The notes: generated from the letters alone by a model not told the origin. Shown: positions 27,195-36,410, counted from the first letter of the stretch. The stretch is DNA of 50,621 bases from a bacterium (GCA_026418475.1 JAOABG010000003.1:1-50621); one strand, 5' to 3'. Numbers and translations are program-made.

Positions 27195-28084
27195 TTTATT
27201 TTTTCTCCAATTATCATTATCCAATCTTTTAGAGTGTATGTTTCAGTTTTATAGTTTATCAGATAATTATCAAAATTTTCTTTATCAATTTTTTGAATAA
27301 ATAAATCTAGTTCTCCATGTTTTGGTTTTTTTATTCCTGATAATAAAATGATATCAAAGTAGAAATTACTTTTTTTTAGGTATTTTATAGATGTTTCCAA
27401 TACATTTAGTGGAACGTTTATAATTAGAATACGGGTGTTAAAGTTTTGGATTATTTTTGCGAAGTTTATGATTTTTATATTGCTTGATAAACAGGGATAT
27501 ATTTCTGTTTGGTTTATTTTGTAGTTTTGAATAGCTTCTAAAAGGCTTTTAAAGTTTATTTCTATTGATATAACTTTGGAGTTGGGTAATATTTTTTTTA
27601 CTGCTATAGACAGGATACCACTTCCAGAACCGTAATCTATTACCAGTGTTTTGGAATTTAGCTTTTCAGTAATGGGTTTGAGGTTATCCAATATCATTCT
27701 GGTTGTTGGATGTGCTCCTGTCCCCTCAGCGAAATTTACGGACTTTATATATATCGGTATTTTATCATAATGCCCTTTCCTGGGAGTTATTATAAAATCT
27801 TTTGTTTCTATATCTTCTGTATAGTCTATCACGATTTTTTCATACTCTTCTTGGGTTATGTAAGTGTTGTAAATGTATAGATGGGAATATTTTAAATTTT
27901 CAAAAAAATATGAATAAATTTTACTTAGAAAAATGCTGTATTTTTCATCTGTGATCACGGTTAAAGTTGGTGGAGTAAATGTTTTGAAAGCGATCAGTTT
28001 TGTATTAATTAGCGAAAGAAAAGTTATGAGTTTTTTTGAAACTCCCAAGTCACTGAAACAAATGTTTATAACATTGTGCATCAT
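27191..28084 (-). CDS. prmA: Ribosomal protein L11 methyltransferase
   Basis: Motifs GTGAHPTTRM and VIDYGSGSGILSIA. 297 aa. Confidence 0.8.
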   Translation of the reverse strand: MMHNVINICFSDLGVSKKLITFLSLINTKLIAFKTFTPPTLTVITDEKYSIFLSKIYSYFFENLKYSHLYIYNTYITQEEYEKIVIDYTEDIETKDFIITPRKGHYDKIPIYIKSVNFAEGTGAHPTTRMILDNLKPITEKLNSKTLVIDYGSGSGILSIAVKKILPNSKVISIEINFKSLLEAIQNYKINQTEIYPCLSSNIKIINFAKIIQNFNTRILIINVPLNVLETSIKYLKKSNFYFDIILLSGIKKPKHGELDLFIQKIDKENFDNYLINYKTETYTLKDWIMIIGEKIK

Positions 28085-28171
28085 ATTCCTATTTCTTCAA
28101 TCGTAATTCTTTACCTTTACTTAAATCTAATTAGAGTAAAATAATCAATAAAAGAGGATGATATATAATAA

Positions 28172-28726
28172 ATGATCAATAATTTAAAAAGGATGAATAG
28201 AAACTCTTTTTCAAAAAGAGCTTTTACCTTGGCTGAGGTTTTAGTGGGTATTGCCATAGTTTCCTTTATACTCACTGCTGTTGTTCAATTTATCATCTTT
28301 TATAATCATTTGAAAAGAGCTATTGAAAGAATATCTGATATTACTACACAAGCAGATTTGATATCTAAAAAAATAAATAACATTTTATATGAAATACCAA
28401 GTTTAAACAATACAAAAATAGAGTTTCAAGAAAGTGGAAATATTATAATTAAGAAGCTGGTAATCAGTGGAACCCAGAAAACAACAATATCTGCTATAGG
28501 TTTCTATGATTTACATAACAATGGAAGATATTGGGTAAATGAAACTTTCATAAACAACAAAAAATATATTCATCGGATACCAGACAGTATATATCCGGAG
28601 TACAGAAAGTACAACAATTTTGTTATTCTAACGATTTATGCTGAGTTGTATTCAACAATAGTTCCTCTAAAAATAAGCAAACCAAAAAAGGTGTCATTCG
28701 GTACATTTTTTATCCTCCTGGATTGA
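28172..28726 (+). CDS. Prepilin-type N-terminal cleavage/methylation-domain protein (pseudopilin), triad A
   Basis: Class III signal KRA|FTLAEVLVGIAIVSFIL with the conserved Glu at +5. Confidence 0.75.
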   Translation: MINNLKRMNRNSFSKRAFTLAEVLVGIAIVSFILTAVVQFIIFYNHLKRAIERISDITTQADLISKKINNILYEIPSLNNTKIEFQESGNIIIKKLVISGTQKTTISAIGFYDLHNNGRYWVNETFINNKKYIHRIPDSIYPEYRKYNNFVILTIYAELYSTIVPLKISKPKKVSFGTFFILLD

Positions 28727-28770
28727 GGAATTTTTTATACTTTTGTATAAAATTATATAAGGGATTTGAA

Positions 28771-29262
28771 ATGAGCAACTCTAAAGGTTTTACGTTGGTA
28801 GAGGTCCTTATTTCTCTGGGAATAGTTGCTATAATAATAGTTTCAATATACTCTTTCAAAATATTTATTAGTAGATACATTGAAAGTCAGGTACTAAAAA
28901 ATAACACCAAAAGTTTTGCAGCACAGATGTACTATAAAACACTCATAACTATGGAATATGATAATTTGTTGGAATACTTAAAAGGAAACCAAGGAAATTG
29001 GGAATTTAATACAGGTAATACCATAATCAAATATAGCAATTATTCTATGAGTACTGTTGAGCATAAAAATAAGGATGATTCAATATCGATTTGTAGGATA
29101 AGACTTGAAAAATGTGAAATATTAGCAAAATATAGAAAAAAACAAATAAAATATGTCTTCTATATTCCATTTATTACCTATGGTTTTAAAAATATAAGAA
29201 GGGAAGGTTTACCTTCTATAGGTCCAGTAGATCAAACATTTATCTACTCCAGGAGTTTTTGA
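28771..29262 (+). CDS. Prepilin-type pseudopilin, triad A
   Basis: MSNSKG|FTLVEVLISLGIVAIIIV. An AAGGGA Shine-Dalgarno lies 6 nt before ATG 28771, so I trimmed the start from TTG 28723. Confidence 0.75.
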   Translation: MSNSKGFTLVEVLISLGIVAIIIVSIYSFKIFISRYIESQVLKNNTKSFAAQMYYKTLITMEYDNLLEYLKGNQGNWEFNTGNTIIKYSNYSMSTVEHKNKDDSISICRIRLEKCEILAKYRKKQIKYVFYIPFITYGFKNIRREGLPSIGPVDQTFIYSRSF

Positions 29263-29265
29263 AAC

Positions 29266-30174
29266 ATGAAAATTTTTTATAGAAAAGGTACAATACTTCT
29301 GTTAAGCCTATTTCTTATTATTTTTGCAATTGCTATATTTGGGATAGGTTACCTTTATGTGAGAAATTCTGGTGAGCAGATGCAAATTACCAATTTCAAA
29401 TCATCGCTTATACCAATGTATGAAATATATAATATGAAACTTGTTGAAATGGTTAATAAACATGTTTATCAAATTTCTGACCCTCCAACTTTTTTGGACA
29501 AAATTAATTTCATTTTTATCGAATCGGATTTGAATGCAAATTATGTTTTTGATAACTTGTCTGATAATGATGGAACATTTGATGGGTATCAAATTATTGA
29601 TAAAGATCAAGTTTCAAGTATTTCAAGATTTTTAGGAGCTACAAGAATTGTAGACATCGGTAACCTTGATTCTAATAATAAATGTGTGGTATCTCTGTGT
29701 GATGAGGACTCAAATGTTTTGGCACAATTTGATGTTGATTTGTCACCTTTCATTAATAGGAGAAAAGAGTTTTTATCTGATTTTAGTATTACTGAACCAG
29801 AAATAAGAAATAAAGTAAAAGGATACATTAATTATTTTGTGGGGGACTCTCTGAGAGATTTTATTAACGGTTTTAAGGAATATGAAAATGGGAAACTTGT
29901 TTCTAATGTGATTGTAAACCCTTCTAATTTTAATGTTAACAGTTTTGCTAATTCTTGGGAAGTCTATGTTCCATACTCCATTGAATATAAACTTAAAACA
30001 TCAAAAAAATATCATACTTTGATCAATAATCATAAAAATATTTTGTATCTGAAACCTTACTATATTGTTAATCTCATTGTTGAGGTTGGAACTGTTAGTG
30101 GAGAGGATTTATTGAGAATAAGAATAATAGGTTCATCAGCACTCAGTGTTTATAAGGTTATAAGAAAATATTGA
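29266..30174 (+). CDS. PilX/GspK-like minor-pilin-associated protein, triad A
   Basis: N-terminal RKGTILLLSLFLIIFAIAIFG anchor without Glu5 (PilX_N-like). The rest is unassigned. Its N-terminus is paralogous to that of 34038-34922. Confidence 0.55.
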   Translation: MKIFYRKGTILLLSLFLIIFAIAIFGIGYLYVRNSGEQMQITNFKSSLIPMYEIYNMKLVEMVNKHVYQISDPPTFLDKINFIFIESDLNANYVFDNLSDNDGTFDGYQIIDKDQVSSISRFLGATRIVDIGNLDSNNKCVVSLCDEDSNVLAQFDVDLSPFINRRKEFLSDFSITEPEIRNKVKGYINYFVGDSLRDFINGFKEYENGKLVSNVIVNPSNFNVNSFANSWEVYVPYSIEYKLKTSKKYHTLINNHKNILYLKPYYIVNLIVEVGTVSGEDLLRIRIIGSSALSVYKVIRKY

Positions 30175-30179
30175 TAAAT

Positions 30180-30671
30180 TCAGTTTTCTGATAATTTCTT
30201 TGCTAATTTTCTAACTGCTCTATTGAATTTTGATATTACAGTGTTTATGTTAATGTTTAACATTTCTGATATTTCTTTAAAGGTTAAGTTATCAACTATT
30301 TTCATTCTTATGATTATTTTTTCATCATTGTTTAATTTTGAAATAATTCTTTCGAATTCTATTTCATCTTCAATTTTTTGTTCTAAGTTTTTCTCGGAGT
30401 TTTCGGAGTTTTTGGTTTTTCCTAAGTCTTTACTTAGTAGGTAGTTTTTATTTTTGTTTCTTAATGTGTCAATAACCAAATTTTGTGCTATTTTAAAAAT
30501 ATATGATGGAGCTTTGTGAATATATTTCAAATTCTGAATATTTTCAATGAGATTTTTAAAGGTTTGTTGAACTAAATCTTCGGATTCATTTTTGAGGGAT
30601 CTTTTTATGAAAAAGTTTTTGAGTTTTTTGTAGTTTTCTTTGTATAAGTTTTCTATATCAATTTTTATCAT
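30180..30671 (-). CDS. ECF-type RNA polymerase sigma factor
   Basis: 163 aa with sigma-70 region 2 (DLVQQTFKNLIENI...IAQNLVIDTLRNK) and a region 4 HTH (LTFKEISEMLNININTVISKFNRAVRKL). Confidence 0.85.
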   Translation of the reverse strand: MIKIDIENLYKENYKKLKNFFIKRSLKNESEDLVQQTFKNLIENIQNLKYIHKAPSYIFKIAQNLVIDTLRNKNKNYLLSKDLGKTKNSENSEKNLEQKIEDEIEFERIISKLNNDEKIIIRMKIVDNLTFKEISEMLNININTVISKFNRAVRKLAKKLSEN

Positions 30672-30682
30672 TTTTTATTTTT

Positions 30683-30700
30683 GGGGGACTAAAGTCCCCC
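30683..30700. other. GC-rich hairpin GGGGGAC-TAAA-GTCCCCC between the secreted-protein gene and the sigma-factor gene
   Basis: A 7-bp G/C-rich stem, conspicuous in AT-rich DNA. On the transcribed minus strand it is followed by A-rich rather than U-rich sequence. Confidence 0.5.
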
Positions 30701-30733
30701 TTCTTAATTTTTGAACCTTTGTTTCTTTTTATC

Positions 30734-31348
30734 CTATTTTTCGCCTTTTTTTTCAAATTCTTTTATTTCTTTTTTGATTCTTTTTAGCATTTCTTCTACT
30801 TTTTGTTCTTTCCTATTTTTAAGTTCTTCCAATTTTATTTCCATTATTCTAATATTGTTATCATGAATTTTTGTTAAGATTTGTTTTGCTTGGGTATCGA
30901 ATTCAACTTCTTTAATTTTACCTTCTTTATGATTTATTATTAATTGGGTAAGTTTGGTTTGGTTATTTATTTGGTCTGCAAAAATACTCTTAAGTTCTTT
31001 GTTTTCTGTTTCTTTGATTTTTATGTACATCCTACCTGTCATTCTAAGTAATCTTTTGTACAGTTTTGCTTGTTTGTCTTTAATGGAGTTAAGCAGATTA
31101 TATGTTTCGGGATGATTTGTTTTCAAATAATTCCAAAATTCTTGATTATTTTCTATGTTTTTTATGTCTTTAAAGTTTTTAACATGATCCATATTTTTTT
31201 CTTTAATTTCTTTTGAGTATTGCTTGCTGGTGTCATTGGCTAAAGCTTGAGTGTTAGGGTTATTACTATATATCATAAACGATAGTATTAGTATTAATAT
31301 TGAAGAAAGTATTATAAGATTAATCCTTTTATTATTCATGTTCATCAC
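30734..31348 (-). CDS. Secreted helical/coiled-coil protein, hypothetical
   Basis: 204 aa with an N-terminal signal or anchor (INLIILSSILILILSFMIY) and a Lys/Glu-rich helical remainder. It sits between the anti-sigma and sigma genes. Confidence 0.6.
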   Translation of the reverse strand: MMNMNNKRINLIILSSILILILSFMIYSNNPNTQALANDTSKQYSKEIKEKNMDHVKNFKDIKNIENNQEFWNYLKTNHPETYNLLNSIKDKQAKLYKRLLRMTGRMYIKIKETENKELKSIFADQINNQTKLTQLIINHKEGKIKEVEFDTQAKQILTKIHDNNIRIMEIKLEELKNRKEQKVEEMLKRIKKEIKEFEKKGEK

Positions 31349-31772
31349 CTCCTGTTAGAACTTGCTCTATATTTTCAAAGTATAATAATTCCTCTTCCAA
31401 AAGATAAAATATATCACCGTTTTTATTATTATCATTTAATGGTAAAATTTGGTGGATAATAAAGTTGATATTAATTAAAATTATTATTATGCTAATGGCG
31501 AAAGTCATTTTAAAAATTTTTGTGTTTATGGAATTTTGGGAAATTTTATTAGAAATTTTATTTGTGTATTTCTCTATTATTTGTTTGTTATTCTCTAATT
31601 TGCTTACTGATTTGCTATAGTATTCAAATTTATTTTTGCATTTATTACAATATGTTATATGTAGAAGTAGGTTTTTTTTCTGTTCGGGTTCTAATTCATC
31701 AAATTTTAATAGCGCCATTTCTATTTCATTTAGACATTTGTTTGTTGGGCGTTTATTTTTTATATCTTTCAT
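31332..31772 (-). CDS. Zinc-binding (ZAS, H-x3-C-x2-C) membrane anti-sigma factor
   Basis: The segment C-LNEIEMALL...LLLH-ITY-C-NK-C matches the zf-HC2 motif. A single TM segment (MTFAISIIIILININFII) follows. Confidence 0.7.
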   Translation of the reverse strand: MKDIKNKRPTNKCLNEIEMALLKFDELEPEQKKNLLLHITYCNKCKNKFEYYSKSVSKLENNKQIIEKYTNKISNKISQNSINTKIFKMTFAISIIIILININFIIHQILPLNDNNKNGDIFYLLEEELLYFENIEQVLTGGDEHE

Positions 31773-31893
31773 TAATTTTCTCCTAATTTTTCATTACTTT
31801 CTTATATTATGGACGGAAATGAGAGGTTTTTTATTGCATTTTTAGAAAAATTTTTTAAAGAAGAATGATTGAAATGATATTTGGGGGGATAGG

Positions 31894-32868
31894 ATGAAAG
31901 TAGGTATTTTAACAAGCGGTGGAGACAGCTCAGGAATGAATGCTGCCATAAGGTCGGCTGTCAGAACAGCTAAAGATAAGAATATACAGATTATTGGATT
32001 TATTCAGGGATTAAAAGGGATACTTGATGATAAGTTTGTTGAACTTGATGACAGGAGTGTCAGTGGAATAATAGAAAAAGGTGGGACTTTCTTACAGTCA
32101 TCGCGTGAACCACGATTTTTCGACTATCAATACAGAAAGATTGCTTACCAAAAACTTAACCAAAACGGTATAGATTGGTTAATAATAATTGGTGGGAATG
32201 GTAGTTTTAACGCAGCACACAAATTCATTACAGAATCCAATATAAAAGTTGTTGGAATAACAGGAACAATAGATAATGATATATATGGAACTGAGTATAC
32301 ACTTGGTTATGATACTGCTCTAAATACCGCTACTCAGGCAATCGATAAAATAAGAGATACTGCTTACTCTTTCGGGAGAATATTTATTGTTGAAGTTATG
32401 GGAAGAGATTATGGGTTGCTTCCTTTGGATATTGCTTTTGCAACGGGTAGTGAACTGGTCTTGATACCAGAGTATAAGATACCAACAAAAACTATTGCAC
32501 AGAAAGTACATTTATATAAAAGCAAAGGGAAAAAGCATGTTATAATAGTTCTTTCTGAAGGTTATTGTAGTGCTTTTGAATTGGAAAAAGAATTGTCTCC
32601 TTTATTAAAGGGATACAGTCAAGAATATGAATTGAAGATTTGTGTTTTAGGACACATACAACGTGGTGGAGCACCAACTTCTTATGACAGAATTTTTGGA
32701 ACCCTAAGTGGACAAAAAGCTATAGAGTTGATAGTCGAAGATAAAAATGGTTATTTTATCGGCCTTAAAAACAATAAAATCCAACCTATAGAGATTGAAT
32801 TGGCTGTGAAAAATAAGAAAAGTTTAGAACATAGCTTGGTTAGCCTACTTGAAGAGATATCCATTTGA
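31894..32868 (+). CDS. pfkA: ATP-dependent 6-phosphofructokinase
   Basis: Motifs GILTSGGDSSGMNAAIR, GGNGS, TIDNDI, MGRDYG and GHIQRGG. 324 aa. Confidence 0.92.
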   Translation: MKVGILTSGGDSSGMNAAIRSAVRTAKDKNIQIIGFIQGLKGILDDKFVELDDRSVSGIIEKGGTFLQSSREPRFFDYQYRKIAYQKLNQNGIDWLIIIGGNGSFNAAHKFITESNIKVVGITGTIDNDIYGTEYTLGYDTALNTATQAIDKIRDTAYSFGRIFIVEVMGRDYGLLPLDIAFATGSELVLIPEYKIPTKTIAQKVHLYKSKGKKHVIIVLSEGYCSAFELEKELSPLLKGYSQEYELKICVLGHIQRGGAPTSYDRIFGTLSGQKAIELIVEDKNGYFIGLKNNKIQPIEIELAVKNKKSLEHSLVSLLEEISI

Positions 32869-32897
32869 AAAAATGTGTTTAGCAATTATACAAACAA

Positions 32898-33428
32898 TTA
32901 AAAATCATACAAGCGATGTATTACAATGAAATAAACAAGTTTTCTAGAATTTTGATCCCTGTACTTTTTTGCATACCTGTTATATATATAGAAAGAGATA
33001 TCATATATATACATAAAACTATATTGGTTATAACCTATTTTCCAATATATCTCATCTTTTATATTCTTTGTTTTTTGTTTATCAATAGTTAAGTATGGAG
33101 TTGTGTAGTTAATCTGTATGATTTTTTTGGGAGGATTTTTGTAGAGTTTATAAACAGTTTTGTCCAATATTATGGTGTCTCTGTTGACATTTTGTGAAAT
33201 TTTGATATTGGATGATGTGATAATGTCTGTTTCTATTTGTGTTGCTATTTCTTTGGTGTCTAAAGCTGTGGAACTTAAAAATCCCCACTCTCTACTGAAT
33301 CTATGGTAAAGTAATATTATTTGAACTATTATTCCTATCAAAATAGAAATTATAGATATAGCAAGAATAAGCTCAACTAAAGAAAAACCTTTATACAAAT
33401 TTTTTATTTTGTTTGAAATTAAAAACAT
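32898..33428 (-). CDS. Prepilin-type pseudopilin, triad B
   Basis: LYKG|FSLVELILAISIISILIGIIV. Confidence 0.7.
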   Translation of the reverse strand: MFLISNKIKNLYKGFSLVELILAISIISILIGIIVQIILLYHRFSREWGFLSSTALDTKEIATQIETDIITSSNIKISQNVNRDTIILDKTVYKLYKNPPKKIIQINYTTPYLTIDKQKTKNIKDEIYWKIGYNQYSFMYIYDISFYIYNRYAKKYRDQNSRKLVYFIVIHRLYDF

Positions 33429-33448
33429 AATTTGTATTTAATTTGTAT

Positions 33449-34027
33449 TTAAAAACTATAAGATGATTCTAGAGATGTTGTTTCACTTCCAGTTGACTCG
33501 GAGCCACCTGATGGAGGGTTATGCGGTAAGTTCTTTACTAAAAATAGTGGTATTTGAATAGAAGTGCGTGAGTTTTTATTAGATTTTATAATCAGATAAT
33601 CTAAGTCTATAGAAAAGTAATATTTGAATATATTTTTATTATTATGAAGATTATAATCATTACCGTTTCCATATATGGCAATATTTTGTAAATATATATC
33701 TCTAACGTTTTCTTCTGGTACTATAGATATAGAAACATTATTAATTTTTATATCTCTTAGATCATTATCTGTTTCTATTCCATTCAATATAGTACTTTCA
33801 ATTAAACTTTTCAAGCTATCTGGATTTTCATGGGTTCTATAGTTTTCTATAATTGTCAGAATGTTTTTCATGATATAGAACTCTGCTTTTTTTGCTACTA
33901 TTTGCCCGAAAATTTGCTTAGATTGCATTAATTGTATATTATATATAACCAGCAATAATGATACAATAACTAACCCTATTACTCCTATTGATACTATAAT
34001 TTCAACTAGTGTAAACCCTTTTTTCAT
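33449..34027 (-). CDS. Prepilin-type pseudopilin with Ser/Thr/Gly-rich C-terminal tail, triad B
   Basis: MKKG|FTLVEIIVSIGVIGLVIV. GGAAGA lies 5 nt before ATG 34027, so I trimmed the start from 34057. The C-terminal tail is PPSGGSESTGSETTSLESS. Confidence 0.75.
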   Translation of the reverse strand: MKKGFTLVEIIVSIGVIGLVIVSLLLVIYNIQLMQSKQIFGQIVAKKAEFYIMKNILTIIENYRTHENPDSLKSLIESTILNGIETDNDLRDIKINNVSISIVPEENVRDIYLQNIAIYGNGNDYNLHNNKNIFKYYFSIDLDYLIIKSNKNSRTSIQIPLFLVKNLPHNPPSGGSESTGSETTSLESSYSF

Positions 34028-34037
34028 TAATATCTTC

Positions 34038-34922
34038 CTATATTTGTTTAATTTCAAGCTTTTTGAGTTCTATTCTTGTGAAATTACTTGTGTTTATGGT
34101 AAAGTTAATAGTTTTGTTGAAGTAATACTTGTTTTCAGTTATATAGCCTAATTCTGGGTCATAAATTGTCCTTGTATCTGCTATTCCTGATTGTGTTATG
34201 GTTTCAGAGGATCCTGAAATAGAACATTTCATTTCAAATGATACTGATACATTGTATTCTGCTCTTACTATAAATTTTCTATTGATTTTTTTCTTACCTT
34301 TTTTTGTTTGGTTTATAGTAACTTGATATTCAAGTATGTATGTTCCAGCAGAATTATTTTCATCTATTCCTGGTAGACCTTCATGGATTAGTTCTATTTG
34401 TTTTTCAAAACCCTGATATAGGTTACTTATGTATTCTTCTAGTGTGCTTTTAATAAGTGCTCTTTTTTGTCCAAAATAATTGTACCTATCTGATTTAATT
34501 GCATTTACATATGACGATATATCTTGAGAACCTGTACTCATTGAACCATCTATATTTGATTGTAGTACTACTTGAGTTTCATCTATTGTTAATCCTGTTG
34601 GTGTTATGATTGAAGTTGTTTGTTCCCAATTTCCTGTCCAATTGAAAGGAATTGATACTCCTAATATAGAAACTGATCCTATGTGAGAACTGAAAGAATG
34701 TATGTTTAATCCTTCTATTGTGAATCCGTTTCTGAATTTATCTAAGATATAGATATTAAGAAAAGCTTCTCTAATTAGCATGTTTGTTTTTTGGTAATTA
34801 TCTCTTTCTTGTTTAGAGATCAATAGGATTCTTTTATTATATGAATAAATAAGCCCTATTATTGATACTGTGAAAGCAAGTAGAAAAAGAGATAAAAGAA
34901 GAACATTACCTTTTTTCATCAT
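34038..34922 (-). CDS. PilX/GspK-like minor-pilin-associated protein, triad B
   Basis: The N-terminal KKGNVLLLSLFLLAFTVSIIG closely parallels the N-terminus of 29266-30174. Confidence 0.55.
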   Translation of the reverse strand: MMKKGNVLLLSLFLLAFTVSIIGLIYSYNKRILLISKQERDNYQKTNMLIREAFLNIYILDKFRNGFTIEGLNIHSFSSHIGSVSILGVSIPFNWTGNWEQTTSIITPTGLTIDETQVVLQSNIDGSMSTGSQDISSYVNAIKSDRYNYFGQKRALIKSTLEEYISNLYQGFEKQIELIHEGLPGIDENNSAGTYILEYQVTINQTKKGKKKINRKFIVRAEYNVSVSFEMKCSISGSSETITQSGIADTRTIYDPELGYITENKYYFNKTINFTINTSNFTRIELKKLEIKQI

Positions 34923-35025
34923 TATCCCATAATTATTTTATATTATTTTATAGTGTATTCTATTTTAAAGTCAAGTGTTTTATATATTTTTTTACATTAT
35001 TTTAACAAATTATTATAAATTATTT

Positions 35026-35367
35026 TTACAATTTTTTAATAATAAAAGTAAAAATGAAAGAACCAGAAGATGGAATTTTATCCTGCACTTTAAGTATCTT
35101 TATAATGGTTTCCCTTATTTTTCTTTTCAGATGATTTCTTATTACCGCTTTTCCCACTTTTTTAGAAATAATTATTCCATACTTTAGTGTTAAAATTTTT
35201 GTATCAAAATGGTAGACTTTGATATTTAGTATTAAAGAATCTTCAAAGAGTTTTATTGAGTACTTTCTTATGTAATGATATTTTTTATCAAATACTTCTT
35301 GTATTTCTTTTCTTTTTAGTGATGATAATTTTATTTTTGTGAATTTGGTTCTTATTTGGTGTTCCAA
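35026..35367 (-). CDS. rnpA: Ribonuclease P protein component
   Basis: 113 aa, basic, with an RNR-like motif (ISKKVGKAVIRNHLKRKIRE). Confidence 0.8.
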   Translation of the reverse strand: MEHQIRTKFTKIKLSSLKRKEIQEVFDKKYHYIRKYSIKLFEDSLILNIKVYHFDTKILTLKYGIIISKKVGKAVIRNHLKRKIRETIIKILKVQDKIPSSGSFIFTFIIKKL

Positions 35368-36410
35368 AGTATCTTATTTCCTTCTTCTTCTGAAGCATAA
35401 ATGTCAAAATTTTCAGGTATTGATAGGTGTTTTTTTGATAAGTAGATAAATATTGTACTTATTGCTATCATCACAGCGTTATCTGTACAGAGTTTTATTT
35501 GGGGTATAAGTATTTCCAAGTTATATTTATTTTTGAGTTTTTGAAGTTCTTCTCTTAGGAAAGAGTTAGCGGCTACACCACCACCTATAAGGATGTTACT
35601 TATGTTAAAATCAACGATCATTTTCTCAAGTTTTTGTATTATATGTTTAATTGCTGATAACTGAAAATGATAACAAATTTCCTCTACATCAAAATTGGGA
35701 TTATTTTTTATAAACCTTCTGACAGCGGTTTTTAAACCACTGTAGCTGAAATCGTAATTTTGTGGATTTGGGACCGGAAATAAGGGTTTGAATTTTTCTG
35801 GGACTACCCTTTTTTTATAGTTCTGTGCGAGTTTGTCTATTATTGGGCCACCAGGAAAACCCAAATTTAGCATTCTTGCAACTTTATCAAATGATTCTCC
35901 CACAGCATCATCTAAGGTTTTCGAAATATTATTTATCTTTAACGGTATTACACTTTCTATCATATAACTACTTGTGTGGCCTCCAGAGATAACTATACCA
36001 AGATATTTTTTATTGATGTTTGATTTTTCTATTGGCTGATAATTGTAAAAATTCACAAGTAAGTGTGCCCATAAGTGATTTATTGGTATGACCGGTCTAT
36101 TGATTATTTTTCCTATTGTTTTGGCAGTTGCTACTCCTGTTGCTAAGGCCCCTAGGAGACCTGGGTAAGCGCTAACGCCTATTAAATCAATTTCTTTAAA
36201 ATTCATAATGGGTTTGGATGCTTCCCTGAGAACGTATATAATATTTTCTTGATGTTTTCTGAAGGCTTGTTCTGGTAGAACCCCTCCAAAAATATTATGT
36301 ATCTCTTGAGATAGAACTATGTTTGAGAGTATCTCTATTTTGTTGTTTTCAAATTTTATCAGTCCTGCTGATGTTTCGTCGCATGTTGTTTCTATTCCTA
36401 AGACTATCAT
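35352..36410 (-). CDS. tsaD: tRNA N6-adenosine threonylcarbamoyltransferase TsaD (Kae1/Gcp family)
   Basis: Motifs LGIETTCDETSAG, an HxxxH metal site (NHLWAHLL), SGGHT and GGGVAAN. Confidence 0.9.
   Translation of the reverse strand: MIVLGIETTCDETSAGLIKFENNKIEILSNIVLSQEIHNIFGGVLPEQAFRKHQENIIYVLREASKPIMNFKEIDLIGVSAYPGLLGALATGVATAKTIGKIINRPVIPINHLWAHLLVNFYNYQPIEKSNINKKYLGIVISGGHTSSYMIESVIPLKINNISKTLDDAVGESFDKVARMLNLGFPGGPIIDKLAQNYKKRVVPEKFKPLFPVPNPQNYDFSYSGLKTAVRRFIKNNPNFDVEEICYHFQLSAIKHIIQKLEKMIVDFNISNILIGGGVAANSFLREELQKLKNKYNLEILIPQIKLCTDNAVMIAISTIFIYLSKKHLSIPENFDIYASEEEGNKILWNTK

Noticed and set aside
30683-30700. The GGGGGAC/GTCCCCC hairpin as a classical intrinsic terminator
   Set aside because: On the transcribed minus strand it is followed by AAAAATAAAAAA rather than a U tract. 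The T-rich side faces the plus strand, where no gene ends nearby. I kept it as an unexplained RNA/DNA structure only.
31773-31893. ECF-type autoregulatory promoter (GAAC-N16-17-CGT) upstream of the anti-sigma gene or in the 30672-30733 spacer
   Set aside because: The only AAC...CGTC pair (minus strand near 31820-31840) has a spacer of about 10 nt, far too short. I cannot support a promoter call from sequence alone.
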